A stretch of 64,000 nt of DNA from Candidatus Nitrospinota bacterium M3_3B_026 (GTDB taxonomy: Bacteria; Nitrospinota_A; UBA7883; JBPRGF01): contig JBPRGF010000002.1 of the NCBI GenBank assembly GCA_051418015.1, positions 313-64,312 of the forward strand. The letters run 5' to 3'. Below are positions 9,300 to 18,937 of the stretch, piece after piece. The notes under the pieces were generated by a model. That model searched no databases. It saw only the letters and a program-made list of their open reading frames with translations, and was not told the DNA's origin. Every line of letters starts with the position of its first letter. The first letter of the stretch is position 1. The position numbers and the translations under genes are program-made.

Positions 9300-10169
9300 T
9301 CAGAATGACAACGTGGGGCGGACGATGTGGGTCTTCAGTCTCAGTTCGTCCAGCGTGGCGCCGAGGGCGAGCGCGACGATCTGCGGGACGTGCAGGATGG
9401 GGACGCCGAGTTTTTCTCCCGTCCTCTTCTCGATATCGGGCTGGTAGGCGTCCATGTTCAGATGGCACAGCGGGCAGGGGGTGACGATGACGTCCGCCCC
9501 GGCCCTCTTCGCCCCGGTGACGGCGTTGCCGGAAAGGGCCAGCGAGTTGTCTTTGTTCACCATCATGATGGGAAACCCGCAGCACTTCAGCCGCTCGGGA
9601 TAGTCGACCGGCTCCGCCCCCAGCGCCTCGAATAGTTTTTCGAGATCGCGGGGGTTGTCGGGGTTTTCAAGCCCGGAATATTCGTGGGGCCGCAAGGCGT
9701 AGCAGCCGTAGAAGGCCGCCGCCTTCAGGCCGGTCAGGGGTTTTACAACCTTTTCCTTGAGCTTGTCGAGGCCGTAGTCTTCGAGCATAACCTCGAAGAA
9801 ATGCTTGATAACCACGCCGCCCTGGTACTCGCGCCCGGTCTCTTTCTTGAGCGCCTCGTTGACGCGGGCCATGTAGGCCGGGTCGCCTTCAAGGTTCGCC
9901 CTCGCCTTGCGATGCACGCCGTGGCATGTGCCGCAGATGTTCATGATGGGAAGCCCCATCTCTTCGGCGATGGCGAAGGTGCGGGCGTTTACGATGTCGG
10001 CGATCATCGGGTTATCTTCGCCGACGACCCCGGCGCCGCAGCATGCGGCCTCCTTCATCTCCACCAGCTCTATCCCCAGCCTCTCGCACGCGGCGTATGT
10101 CGCGGCCAGAAGCTCCCTGCCGGCGCCCTTGGCGACGCAGCCTGTGTAAAGCGCGTACTTCAGGCTCAT
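9300..10169 (-). CDS. CCG-domain (HdrB/SdhE-like) subunit of succinate dehydrogenase/fumarate reductase
   Basis: Two Cys-rich CCG motifs ('EAACCGAG', 'LKCCGFP'). ATGA overlap with upstream sdhB. Confidence 0.8.
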   Translation of the reverse strand: MSLKYALYTGCVAKGAGRELLAATYAACERLGIELVEMKEAACCGAGVVGEDNPMIADIVNARTFAIAEEMGLPIMNICGTCHGVHRKARANLEGDPAYMARVNEALKKETGREYQGGVVIKHFFEVMLEDYGLDKLKEKVVKPLTGLKAAAFYGCYALRPHEYSGLENPDNPRDLEKLFEALGAEPVDYPERLKCCGFPIMMVNKDNSLALSGNAVTGAKRAGADVIVTPCPLCHLNMDAYQPDIEKRTGEKLGVPILHVPQIVALALGATLDELRLKTHIVRPTLSF

Positions 10170-11125
10170 TTTCTGTACTCCTCGAACCGGGAGAATATCT
10201 TTTTCACCTCATCGGCCTTCTCAATCTTATGTGGGATGACGGGCGGGTTCTTGCGCCTCAAAAACATCCTTATCCCGACGGGCATGAGGCTTATCAGGCC
10301 CGGTATGTTGAAAAAGCCGACGCTGCGGGCGGGGACGTAGTTCTCGTCCAAGAGCCCGCGCTTGCCGACGGTCTCGCGGAAGGCCAGGGCGTGCCGCGCG
10401 CCGTTGCTTGAATGGACGCCTCGCCGCATAACCTCCTCGCGCACTTCCTCTATGCGGCCGAGGGGCTTGGACTCCGTCGGGCAGCGTGTTGAGCACTCGC
10501 CGCAATGGGTGCAGTCCCACACACCCCCGGGCCCGGCGATATCCTCCACCCTCTCCTGTGTCTTCGCGTCGCGCGAGTCGTGGATGAACCTTTGCGCCTT
10601 GGCGAGCGTGGCCGGGCCCAGGAACTTTTTATCCACCTCCATGACGTTGCAGTCCGACCAGCAGGAGGCGCAGAGGATACACGTGGTGGCGTTGTCGATT
10701 TTCAGGAATTGCTCCGGCGTCTGCTCGCGCTCCTTCTCCGTGTTGTCGCGGGTGTCCGGCATGAGCCAGGGTTTGATCGACTTGAGCGAGGCCCAGAAAG
10801 GCTCGAGGTCCACCACCAGGTCGCGGATGACTTCGAAATTGCCGATCGGGTCGACCTGTATGACGCCGTCCCTGACAAGCCCCGCAGCCTGCGTTTTGCA
10901 TGCGAGCAGCGCGTGGCCGTTGGCCCGCATGGCGCAGGAGCCGCATATGGCCGAGCCGCAGGACATGCGGTATGTCAGCGAGGCGTCCTGTTCGGCCTTG
11001 ATCCTGTTCAGGCAGTTCAGAAGCGTCGCCCCCGGCTCTATCTCGAGTTCGTAGTCCTGGTATCGCGGCGGCTCGCCCGAGGCCGGGTCGCTCCGGAAAA
11101 CCCTGAACGTGGCCCTGTCCGCCAT
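10166..11125 (-). CDS. sdhB: Succinate dehydrogenase/fumarate reductase iron-sulfur subunit (with C-terminal extension)
   Basis: Cys clusters 'CGSAICGSC', 'CILCASCWSDC', 'CTHCGECSTRCP'. At 319 aa it is longer than the classical SdhB. Confidence 0.92.
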   Translation of the reverse strand: MADRATFRVFRSDPASGEPPRYQDYELEIEPGATLLNCLNRIKAEQDASLTYRMSCGSAICGSCAMRANGHALLACKTQAAGLVRDGVIQVDPIGNFEVIRDLVVDLEPFWASLKSIKPWLMPDTRDNTEKEREQTPEQFLKIDNATTCILCASCWSDCNVMEVDKKFLGPATLAKAQRFIHDSRDAKTQERVEDIAGPGGVWDCTHCGECSTRCPTESKPLGRIEEVREEVMRRGVHSSNGARHALAFRETVGKRGLLDENYVPARSVGFFNIPGLISLMPVGIRMFLRRKNPPVIPHKIEKADEVKKIFSRFEEYRK

Positions 11126-12840
11126 CAGTACTTCCTCTCCTCCGGCTGAAACCGCGTCACCCGCACGGGGCGGTAGCGAAGCTCATAGCCGCCGTCTTCG
11201 GTCCTGAAGGCCATGGTGTGCTTCATCCAGTTCTCATCGTCGCGCTTGGGAAAATCCTCCCTCGCGTGGGCGCCGCGGCTCTCGGCCCTTACCTGGGCGC
11301 CGGCGACGATAAGCTCGGAGTACTCCAGCATGTGGGAAAGCTCCAGCGCCTCGACCAGGTTCGTGTTGAAGTTTTTGGAGGCGTCGCCCACCTTCACGTT
11401 CCCGAAGCGCGCCTGAAGCTCCTTTATCTTCTCGTGAGCCCGCTCCATCTTCTCCGAGGTTCGGTAGACGCCGACGTCGTTCGTCATCGTCTCCTTGAGC
11501 TCCTCGCGGATGGCGTCGAGGCTCTCCGCGCCGGAGCCTCCGAAAAGTTTTTCGATCTCCTCTTTCGCCGCCGCCAGCTCGCGCGCCTCGTCCACAGGCG
11601 CCCAGTCCGCCTCCTTCGTCACCTCCAGCATCTTCTTGCCCGCCCGCCTGCCGAAGACCAGCGCTTCCAGAAGCGAGTTCGTCCCCAGCCTGTTGGCGCC
11701 GTGGACGGATATGCACGAGCACTCCCCGGCGGCGAAAAATCCTTTTATCAAAGCTCCGCTCTCGTCGGCGACGACCTGGCAGTCGTTGTCCGCCGGGATT
11801 CCGCCCATGGAATAGTGCGCCGTCGGCTGTATCGGCACTGGCTCTTCTATGGCGTCCACGCCTATAAAATCCTTCGCCAGGTGATAAATCTGCGGCAGGC
11901 GCTCCATGATCTTCTCTTTGCCCAGATGCCGCAGGTCGAGCAGGACGTAGTCCTTGTCCGGCCCCGCGCCGCGCCCCTCGTTTATCTCCGTCTGCTCAGA
12001 GCGTGAGACGATGTCCCGGGGGCCGAGCTCCATCTTGCTGGGGGCGTACTTGCCCATGAACCGCTCGCCCTCGCCGTTGAGCAGATACCCCCCCTCGCCC
12101 CGGGCCGCCTCGGAGAGCAGTATCCCGTGCCGGTACAGCCCCGTGGGGTGGAACTGGACGAACTCCATGTCCTGCAGCGGAGCGCCGGCCCTGTAGGCGG
12201 CGGTTATCCCGTCGCCTGTGTTGGCGAAGGCGTTGGAGGTTATCTTGTACGCCCGGCCGTAGCCGCCGGTGGCGAAGAGGACGGTCTTCGCGTGAAACAC
12301 CTCGAAACGCCCGGTCTTTATGTCCATCGCCACGACGCCCCGGCATATCCCATCCTCGATTATGAGGCGGGTGACGTACCACTCGGAGTAGACCTGCAGG
12401 CTCGCCGCGTGTTTCATCGACTGCTCGAAGAGGGTGTGCAGCAGGGCGTGGCCGGTCCTGTCCGCCGAGTAGCAGGCGCGATTGAAGGAGTGGCCCCCGA
12501 AGGCGCGCTGGGCGATCCTGTTCTTTTCCGTGCGGGAGAAGGGGCAGCCGAAATGCTCCATCTCGATGATCGTCCTCGGCGCGTCGGAGCACATGATCTC
12601 GATGGCGTCCTGGTCGCCGAGATAGTCGGCGCCCTTCACCGTGTCGTAGATGTGCGCCTCCGGCGAGTCGCCGTCGACGTTGGCGAGCGCCGCGGCGACG
12701 CCCCCCTGTGCCGCGCCGGAGTGGCTGCGCGAGGGGTAGACCTTCGTCAGCACGGCCACGTCCAGATGGCCGACAAGCTCCATCGCCGCCCGGAGCCCCG
12801 CCAGCCCGGAGCCTACGATAACGACGTCGTGTGAGTACAT
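11125..12840 (-). CDS. sdhA: Succinate dehydrogenase/fumarate reductase flavoprotein subunit
   Basis: '[14 protein letters not shown]', 'SHSGAAQGG', 'HYSMGGIP', '[10 protein letters not shown]'. Confidence 0.95.
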   Translation of the reverse strand: MYSHDVVIVGSGLAGLRAAMELVGHLDVAVLTKVYPSRSHSGAAQGGVAAALANVDGDSPEAHIYDTVKGADYLGDQDAIEIMCSDAPRTIIEMEHFGCPFSRTEKNRIAQRAFGGHSFNRACYSADRTGHALLHTLFEQSMKHAASLQVYSEWYVTRLIIEDGICRGVVAMDIKTGRFEVFHAKTVLFATGGYGRAYKITSNAFANTGDGITAAYRAGAPLQDMEFVQFHPTGLYRHGILLSEAARGEGGYLLNGEGERFMGKYAPSKMELGPRDIVSRSEQTEINEGRGAGPDKDYVLLDLRHLGKEKIMERLPQIYHLAKDFIGVDAIEEPVPIQPTAHYSMGGIPADNDCQVVADESGALIKGFFAAGECSCISVHGANRLGTNSLLEALVFGRRAGKKMLEVTKEADWAPVDEARELAAAKEEIEKLFGGSGAESLDAIREELKETMTNDVGVYRTSEKMERAHEKIKELQARFGNVKVGDASKNFNTNLVEALELSHMLEYSELIVAGAQVRAESRGAHAREDFPKRDDENWMKHTMAFRTEDGGYELRYRPVRVTRFQPEERKY

Positions 12841-13030
12841 GCGGTTTCTTTATTATTCGTCCATCGCGCTTTCGCGCCTTTGGAAGTCTAATCCGAAGTC
12901 ACAAAGGCGCTCTATTTTATACAACCGGCCATCCTCTTTCCAGTGTAAAAACAAGGGAAGAAAAACGGCGGGCCGCGCCCCCGGCGCCATGTTAAGCCAA
13001 AGCGAAGCGTCCCGCGCCAGATGGAACAAC

Positions 13031-13061
13031 GGGACTCTTCGGCTTCGCCTCAGAATGACAC
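13031..13061 (-). repeat. Short intergenic repeat, family 2 copy
   Basis: The reverse complement 'gtgtcattctgaggcgaagccgaagagtccc' matches 26680-26710 and 28705-28734. Confidence 0.6.
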
Positions 13062-13137
13062 TATCGCGGCGTATCTTGCGCAAAACGGCGGAGTGGGGTG
13101 TGGCCTTCCGCCCCGTTTTTCCCCTCGCCGCTTTTCG

Positions 13138-13668
13138 TCAATGCCTGCCGCCGCGTCCCTTGCCGCGCCCGGCCTTGCGCAGGATGTCCATGTCGAAGGA
13201 GACCCGCTGCTCCGGCGTCAGGGCCGCGCGCATGTCGATCTTGTGATCGTACTTTTTCCTCATCTTCTCCTTTTTCAGATCGGCGATCCTGTCTATCTTC
13301 TCGGTGATGGCTTTTTTGTCCGGGTTGTCCTCCGTCAGCAGCGCCGCCAGCTCCGCCTTCTCCAGCCTGATCCTGGCTTTGAGGACGCCCATCTGCTTTT
13401 TGAGGTCGCGGTGCATCCTGTCTATGGCGAGCTCCTGCTCGTCGCTGAGCGTGCTTCTCCAATGGGACCCGAAGACGTGGCCCATGCCGCCGCCTCCGCG
13501 CATACCCTGGCCCATGCCACCCATCATCATGCCTTTGGGGCCGCCCATCATGCCCTTGGGGCCGCATTTGACATCGCCGCCGCGTCCGTGATCGGCGAAC
13601 GCCGTGGCGGAAAGAGCCAGCGACGCCAGGAAAACCGACATCACCGAAAAAATTACAAGCTTTCTCAT
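13138..13668 (-). CDS. Periplasmic Spy/CpxP/ZraP-family protein (LTxxQ) with Met/Gly-rich N-region
   Basis: Signal peptide ending 'ATAFA'; 'GMMGGPKGMMMGGMGQGMRGGGGMG'; LTxxQ-type motifs 'LSDEQ' and 'LTPEQR'. Confidence 0.75.
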   Translation of the reverse strand: MRKLVIFSVMSVFLASLALSATAFADHGRGGDVKCGPKGMMGGPKGMMMGGMGQGMRGGGGMGHVFGSHWRSTLSDEQELAIDRMHRDLKKQMGVLKARIRLEKAELAALLTEDNPDKKAITEKIDRIADLKKEKMRKKYDHKIDMRAALTPEQRVSFDMDILRKAGRGKGRGGRH

Positions 13669-13704
13669 CTCACTTCCCTTTCAAGAGTGTTTCTCCTCCA
13701 AACC

Positions 13705-15387
13705 CTACTGGCGCCTCAGCGTCAGTCTTTTGTATTTCGAGCGCCTGTTCTCCTCCCGGCCGCCGAGCTCCTCTTTTCGAACCCGCTCGTATTCCGCGTA
13801 AGAGCCTTCAAACCAGCGGACTCTCCCCTCCCCCTCGAAGACGAGCAGGTGTGTGCAGACACGGTCCAGGAAGAACCGGTCGTGGCTTATGACCATGACG
13901 CAGCCCGAAAAGTCCATTATGGCGTCCTCCAGGGCGCGCAGGGTGGCCACGTCGAGATCGTTGGTCGGCTCGTCGAGCAGCAGGAGGTTGCCGCCGCTTC
14001 TCAAAAGCTTCGCCATGTGGACGCGGTTCCTCTCCCCGCCGGAAAGGTCCGCCACCCGTTTCTGCTGGTCCGGCCCGCGGAAGCCGAAGAGCGCCGCATA
14101 GGCGCGGGAGTTTATCTTTCTCCCGTCCATCTCGATGAACTCGCTCCCGCCGCTTATCTGCTCGAATACCGTCGCCGAGCCGTCGAGGGAGCCGCGTTTC
14201 TGGTCGACGTATGAAAGCTTCACCGTCTCCCCCAGCTCTATCCGCCCCTCGTCCGGCGCCTCCTCGCCGGCGATCACCCTGAAGAGGGTCGTTTTGCCCA
14301 CGCCGTTCGGCCCCATCAGGCCCACCACCGCGCCGCGGGGAACGGAGAAGCTCAATTCCTCGATCAGCGCCGCGCCGTCGTAGCCCTTGGAGACGCTCTC
14401 GAACTCCACGACCTTCTCGCCAAGCAGCGGGCCGGGGGCTATTCTTATATCCGTGGAGTCCTTCTCCATCCTCTTGCTCTCGGCGACGAGCCTTTCGTAT
14501 TCTTTTATCCTCGCCTTGTTTTTCTCTCTGCGCGCGCCGGGATTGGAGCGGATCCATTCAAGCTCTTTCAGGATGTGCTTCCTGACGCCCGGGGACGGAA
14601 TCGAACCCTTTCCCAGGCGTTCGGCCTTCTGGGCGAGCCATGCCGAATAGTTCCCCTCGAAAGGCGTCCCCCTGCCCCCGCCAAGCTCCAGTATCCACTT
14701 CGTGATGTTGTCCAGGAAATACCTGTCGTGGGTGACGACGATGACGTTGCCGGGATAGTCCCTCAGCGTCCCCTCCAGCCATTCGACCGTCTCCGCGTCG
14801 AGATGGTTCGTCGGCTCGTCGAGCAGGAGTATGTCCGGCTTCTGTATCAGCAGCCTGCAAAGGGCCACCCGCCGCGCCTCGCCCCCGGAAAGTTTTGAGA
14901 CGTCCATATCGTCCGGCGGCAGGACCAGCGCGTCCATGGCCACCTCCACGTGGCGGTCGAGCTCCCAGCCGTCGACGGCGTCTATCTCGTCCTGGAGCCT
15001 GCCCATCCTCTCCAGGGCCTTCTCCATTTCGCCGTCGTCCATCGGCGCGGACATCTTCTCCGTCAGCCCCTCGTATTCCGCGATGAGCTTCTTTATCCCG
15101 CTGAACGCATCCTCCACGTTCTCGCGGACGGTCCTGCCGCCGGAAAGCCGCGGCTCCTGGGGAAGATAGCCCACCGTCACGCCCTTTTTCGGCGCGGCGG
15201 TACCGGTGAAATCGGTGTCCAGCCCGGCCATGATCCGAAGGAGGGTGGATTTGCCGGAGCCGTTCTCTCCCACGATTCCGATCTTCGCGCCGTGGTAGAA
15301 GAAGAGGTTTATGTCCTCGAGGATCTTTTTCTGTCCATGGGCCTTGCCAAGCCCCGACATCGTGTATATGTATTCGCCTGCCATCAC
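13705..15387 (-). CDS. ettA: ABC-F ATPase, energy-dependent translational throttle EttA type
   Basis: Two ABC cassettes: 'GENGSGKST' with 'LSGGEARRVAL', and 'GPNGVGKTT' with 'LSGGERNRVHM'. 560 aa; the N-terminus resembles EttA. Confidence 0.9.
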   Translation of the reverse strand: MMAGEYIYTMSGLGKAHGQKKILEDINLFFYHGAKIGIVGENGSGKSTLLRIMAGLDTDFTGTAAPKKGVTVGYLPQEPRLSGGRTVRENVEDAFSGIKKLIAEYEGLTEKMSAPMDDGEMEKALERMGRLQDEIDAVDGWELDRHVEVAMDALVLPPDDMDVSKLSGGEARRVALCRLLIQKPDILLLDEPTNHLDAETVEWLEGTLRDYPGNVIVVTHDRYFLDNITKWILELGGGRGTPFEGNYSAWLAQKAERLGKGSIPSPGVRKHILKELEWIRSNPGARREKNKARIKEYERLVAESKRMEKDSTDIRIAPGPLLGEKVVEFESVSKGYDGAALIEELSFSVPRGAVVGLMGPNGVGKTTLFRVIAGEEAPDEGRIELGETVKLSYVDQKRGSLDGSATVFEQISGGSEFIEMDGRKINSRAYAALFGFRGPDQQKRVADLSGGERNRVHMAKLLRSGGNLLLLDEPTNDLDVATLRALEDAIMDFSGCVMVISHDRFFLDRVCTHLLVFEGEGRVRWFEGSYAEYERVRKEELGGREENRRSKYKRLTLRRQ

Positions 15388-15630
15388 GTCCTTTCCCGAT
15401 AAGCCGCCGCCGGGGCGGCCGGGGTTTGCCCCATGTTCTGAATATAGATTCTAACCGGACTCGCCGGCTTCGTAAAATATCAATCCCGGCGCGAGTCAAA
15501 CGCAAAGACGGGAGACGGCGGCAGGGGCCGCGGTTCGGCATCCCGCCAAAAGCGGCAACGCGGGCCGAAGCCCCGTTTTCCCGGAAAACCCGGCGTAACG
15601 CTCAAGCGGCCAGGCGCCGGAGCGGCGCCG

Positions 15631-15882
15631 TCAATCTTTGTCCGGGGAAGGCGCGGCTTTCTTTTCCTTTTTCTCTTTTTTGGGCTTGGGCTTGGGGTTG
15701 GCGTAGTCGGTCTTGTACCAGCCTGTGCCTTTGAGGTGGAAGGAGTTCATCGAGATCAGCCTGGTAAGCTTCCCTCCGCACTTCGAGGCGCCGTTGTGGC
15801 GCTTCAGGGGCGGGTCCGTTATCTTCTGCGTGACCTCCAGGACGTCGCCGCATTTCTGGCAGGAATACTCGTATATGGGCAT
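15631..15882 (-). CDS. FmdB-family zinc-ribbon protein with Lys-rich tail
   Basis: 'MPIYEYSCQKCG...CGGKL' (CxxC...CxxK pattern). The C-terminus is 'KPKPKKEKKEKK'. Confidence 0.8.
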   Translation of the reverse strand: MPIYEYSCQKCGDVLEVTQKITDPPLKRHNGASKCGGKLTRLISMNSFHLKGTGWYKTDYANPKPKPKKEKKEKKAAPSPDKD

Positions 15883-16004
15883 CTGGCCATCCGCTCCTTT
15901 TAAAACAAACCGCTATGCTTCCATCGGCGCGATACGCCGAACGTTATATTTATAATACGCGATTTTCGCCTGTCAAGGCGCCTTCGCGTAAGCCGCCCAA
16001 GCTC

Positions 16005-16925
16005 TCAGACGCGGCTCAGCCACTGGGGATAATCGCCGTTTTTGCCCTTCAGGACGTCGAAGAAAACATCCTGCAGCCTCCTGGTCACGGGCCCCAGGCC
16101 GTCTTTCCCTATCGTCCTGCCGTCCACGGAGCGGATAGGCGTAAGCTCGGCGGCCGTGCCTGTGAAAAAGGCCTCGTCGGCGATGTACACCTCGTCCCTC
16201 GACATGGCGATCTCCTCCACGCGCAGGCCCATGTCCCGGGCGATGGTTATCACGGAGTCCCGGGTTATCCCCTCCAGGATGGAGGGCAGGGGCGGGGTCT
16301 TGAGCTTCCCGTCCCGGACGATGAAAATGTTCTCGCCGGATCCTTCGGCGACGTAGCCATAGGGGTCCAGCAGGAGGGCCTCGTCGTAGCCTGCCTTCAC
16401 GGCCTCGAGCTTGGCCATTATGGAGTTGACATAAGCCCCGCAGACCTTCGATTTCGTCATGAAGACGTTCGGATGGTGCCGGGCGAAGCTGGAGGTTTTA
16501 ACCTCGATCCCCTTCTCCAGCGCCTCGTCGCCGAGATACGCCCCCCAGGGCCACACGGCGATGGCCACACGGACGGAGCACCCCACGCAGTTCAGCCCTC
16601 GCTTCTCGTCCCCCAGGAAGACGAGGGGCCGTATGTAGCACTCCTCCAGGCCGTTCACGCGGATGGTCTCCTTCACCGCGCCGTTTATCGTCTCCTCGGT
16701 GAAGGGGATGTCCAGCCCCAGGATCTTGGCGGAGTTGAAAAGCCTCCTTGTGTGATCCTCCAGCCTGAAGACAGCGGGGCCCCTCGAAGTCCGGTAACAG
16801 CGTATCCCCTCGAAGACGCCCAGCCCGTAATGCAGGGTGTGTGTAAGAACATGGACGTTCGCCTTGTCCCAGTCCACGAAGGCGCCGTCCATCCATATCT
16901 TCTCGGACCTTGGCCCGTCGCTCAT
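16005..16925 (-). CDS. ilvE: Branched-chain amino acid aminotransferase (class IV)
   Basis: '[20 protein letters not shown]', 'YIRPLVF', '[14 protein letters not shown]', 'ILEGITR'. Confidence 0.94.
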   Translation of the reverse strand: MSDGPRSEKIWMDGAFVDWDKANVHVLTHTLHYGLGVFEGIRCYRTSRGPAVFRLEDHTRRLFNSAKILGLDIPFTEETINGAVKETIRVNGLEECYIRPLVFLGDEKRGLNCVGCSVRVAIAVWPWGAYLGDEALEKGIEVKTSSFARHHPNVFMTKSKVCGAYVNSIMAKLEAVKAGYDEALLLDPYGYVAEGSGENIFIVRDGKLKTPPLPSILEGITRDSVITIARDMGLRVEEIAMSRDEVYIADEAFFTGTAAELTPIRSVDGRTIGKDGLGPVTRRLQDVFFDVLKGKNGDYPQWLSRV

Positions 16926-17032
16926 CCGCTATAAATCTCCATACGAGTCACTAAAGGTTAAAGAGAAGGAATCCTCAATTTTCAATGATTTAAGACCCGC
17001 ATGTCAAGCGTGAAGATTTCCCGGCCGAAGGC

Positions 17033-17605
17033 TCATCCCCGCCCTTCCTCGAAGACGATGGCCTCGAAGACGGAAATCCGCGCGCCGGAGCGCCATGCGC
17101 CGGGGGGGAGCCCGGCCTTGAGCGAAAGATGATCCAGGGCCGTCTCGGTGTCCCAGCCCTGTTTCGGCGCGACCTGCGGAAGGAAAAGAGCCCTGCGGCC
17201 CCATTTGCTCAGGATGATCCCGTGCCTGCCGATCTCTATCTCATCGGGGGAGGAGACCTCCTCGGGCGGGGAGAGGACTGATATCTCTATCTCTATCCGG
17301 TCAAGCTCCGAGGGGGCGACGGGCGGAAACCTGGTGTCCTCCAGCGCAGCGGCCCTGGCGGCGGAGACGACGTTTTCATAGAGCGTCCTTTCAGCCTCTG
17401 GGTAGCCCACGCAGCCCCGAAGTCCGCCCTCTTTCGTCAGGGTTACGAATACGCCGCAGGGCGCCTTGAGGGCGCCGGAGAGCGACCCTGTGTCCACGGG
17501 CGCCATCGCCTCCCCCCTCACGGCGGATTCGACGGAGCGCCGAGCCGCCTCAAGCAACGTTCCCCTGTCCTCGCTGGAAAGCTCGAAGTCCAATTTCGGC
17601 GACAT
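17033..17605 (-). CDS. AMMECR1-domain protein
   Basis: 'CGVFVTLTKEGGLRGCVGY' AMMECR1 core. I chose the Met at 17605 ('MSPKLDF'). The listed upstream extension is Arg/Pro-rich and overlaps the divergent rhodanese gene. Confidence 0.85.
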   Translation of the reverse strand: MSPKLDFELSSEDRGTLLEAARRSVESAVRGEAMAPVDTGSLSGALKAPCGVFVTLTKEGGLRGCVGYPEAERTLYENVVSAARAAALEDTRFPPVAPSELDRIEIEISVLSPPEEVSSPDEIEIGRHGIILSKWGRRALFLPQVAPKQGWDTETALDHLSLKAGLPPGAWRSGARISVFEAIVFEEGRG

Positions 17606-17717
17606 CCCTTCTCCACAGGCTATATGCTTATTGTGAACCCGCCGCCAGCCCAAAGGCAAGAGCGGAGGCGCCGGCTCTCTATGCGCAAGCGGCCGCTCGC
17701 GTTGTATAATACAAGTC

Positions 17718-18143
17718 ATGAACGGCATGGATCGGACAGATGGACTGAGGCGATCTCTTATAATCGTAGCGCTTCTCCTTTTCGGCGCGGCGCCGTGGGC
17801 CGCCGCATCGGGCGCCCCGTTCACGAGGATCAGCCCCGAGAGGGCCAATAATATGCTGAAAAGCGGTGAAATAGACCTTCTCCTCGACGTGCGCACCCTG
17901 AAGTATTACACCGGGCCTTCCGGCAGGCTGAAGGGCGCCTTCCTGGCGCCGATCGACAAGCTCCCTGAAATGCTCGATACCCTGAAGAAATTCAAGGACA
18001 AGACCATCCTCGTCTATTGCGAGGTGGGGATATGGTCGCAGGACGCCGCGCGCCTGCTGGGCGAAAGCGGGTTCGGGAAGGTGCTGGAGCTGGAGGGTGG
18101 GATCGAACGATGGACGAAGGAGGGCTACCCGGTCATCAACTAG
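17718..18143 (+). CDS. Secreted single-domain rhodanese-like protein
   Basis: Signal peptide 'ALLLFGAAPWAAA'; active-site loop 'VYCEVGIWS'; C-terminal 'GGIERW'. Confidence 0.85.
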   Translation: MNGMDRTDGLRRSLIIVALLLFGAAPWAAASGAPFTRISPERANNMLKSGEIDLLLDVRTLKYYTGPSGRLKGAFLAPIDKLPEMLDTLKKFKDKTILVYCEVGIWSQDAARLLGESGFGKVLELEGGIERWTKEGYPVIN

Positions 18144-18172
18144 CCTCCGCCCCCTCGGGGCGCCCGGAGCCC

Positions 18173-18409
18173 TTAAAACGCCACCCGCGACTCGTACTTT
18201 TCTATGGAACGGCGGCTGATCCTGTAGCACCCCCTGATCTTCAGCCCGCTAAGCTCCCCCTGCTCGATAAGCCTGATGATCGTGACCGCCGACACCCCCC
18301 ACCTCCTGGCAAGCTGCGAGGTGGTGAAATACACGCCGGGAGGGCAGACCTCGCGCCCCTTGCCGCCATCTCCGCCCGGAGCTTTTTCCGATCCGAGTTC
18401 CGGTTTCAT
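18173..18409 (-). CDS. Excisionase-family helix-turn-helix DNA-binding protein
   Basis: 'FTTSQLARRWGVSAVTIIRLIEQGELSGLKIRGCYRISRRSIEKY' fits the MerR/excisionase-type HTH pattern. Confidence 0.7.
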   Translation of the reverse strand: MKPELGSEKAPGGDGGKGREVCPPGVYFTTSQLARRWGVSAVTIIRLIEQGELSGLKIRGCYRISRRSIEKYESRVAF

Positions 18410-18498
18410 TAATTCTTGAGTCCCTGAAAACGGCTGACCACCGAAAGTATAAATATGTTATGCTTTCATTCTAGTATAGTAATAATAATTGTCAAGAT

Positions 18499-18522
18499 AA
18501 AATATTCGTATTCGAATATTTT
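18499..18522. promoter_or_regulatory. Perfect 10-bp inverted repeat (candidate operator) in AT-rich divergent promoter region
   Basis: 'aaaatattcg tatt cgaatatttt'. It ends 3 nt before the GGAAGGAG RBS of the XRE gene. Confidence 0.5.
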
Positions 18523-18538
18523 TCCGGAAGGAGCCGTC

Positions 18539-18901
18539 ATGGGCAGATCGAACAGGCTGGGCCGGATGATAAGGATGGTGCGGGGCGGGCTCACCCAGCA
18601 GCAGTTCGCAAAATCCATCAACGTAAGCCAGGGCTCGGTCGCCAAGTACGAGAAGGGTGAATCCATCCCCGGCGCCGCCACCCTGCTGCGGATAGCGGGA
18701 CTGGGGGGCGTCACCGTGGAGGAGCTTTTGGGCGGCGGGGAAGAGGCGGGCCGGAGTTTTGTCCTGTCGGAGGAGGAGCGCAGGCTGGTGGCCGCCGCCA
18801 GGGAGCTTGAGAAGAGCGATCCCGCCCTGCGCTCGTTGATCCTGGAGCTTGCGCTCGCCCTGGCCCGGCGCGGAAACAGGGATAAGGGGCGCTCCACCTG
18901 A
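18539..18901 (+). CDS. XRE-family HTH transcriptional regulator
   Basis: 'LTQQQFAKSINVSQGSVAKYEKGESIPGAATLLRIA'. The ATG at 18539 is preceded by GGAAGGAG, and the upstream part of the listed ORF is AT-rich junk. Confidence 0.8.
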   Translation: MGRSNRLGRMIRMVRGGLTQQQFAKSINVSQGSVAKYEKGESIPGAATLLRIAGLGGVTVEELLGGGEEAGRSFVLSEEERRLVAAARELEKSDPALRSLILELALALARRGNRDKGRST

Positions 18902-18937
18902 ATAGTGAAGGCGCCTTGCGGGCTCCGCAGCCCGCGG

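Noticed and set aside
9140-9484. 114-aa ORF starting 'MPFSSPLTGEAGWGC...'. ORFs 6242-6448 and 26351-27067 are of the same kind.
   Set aside because: They are translations of the family 1 and family 2 intergenic repeats plus flanking non-coding DNA, and the same peptide-like strings arise wherever the repeat occurs.
17606-17896. 97-codon N-terminal extension of the AMMECR1 ORF as listed (start at 17896).
   Set aside because: The extension is Arg/Pro/Ser-rich, overlaps the divergent rhodanese gene start, and precedes a good internal Met where the conserved AMMECR1 domain begins.
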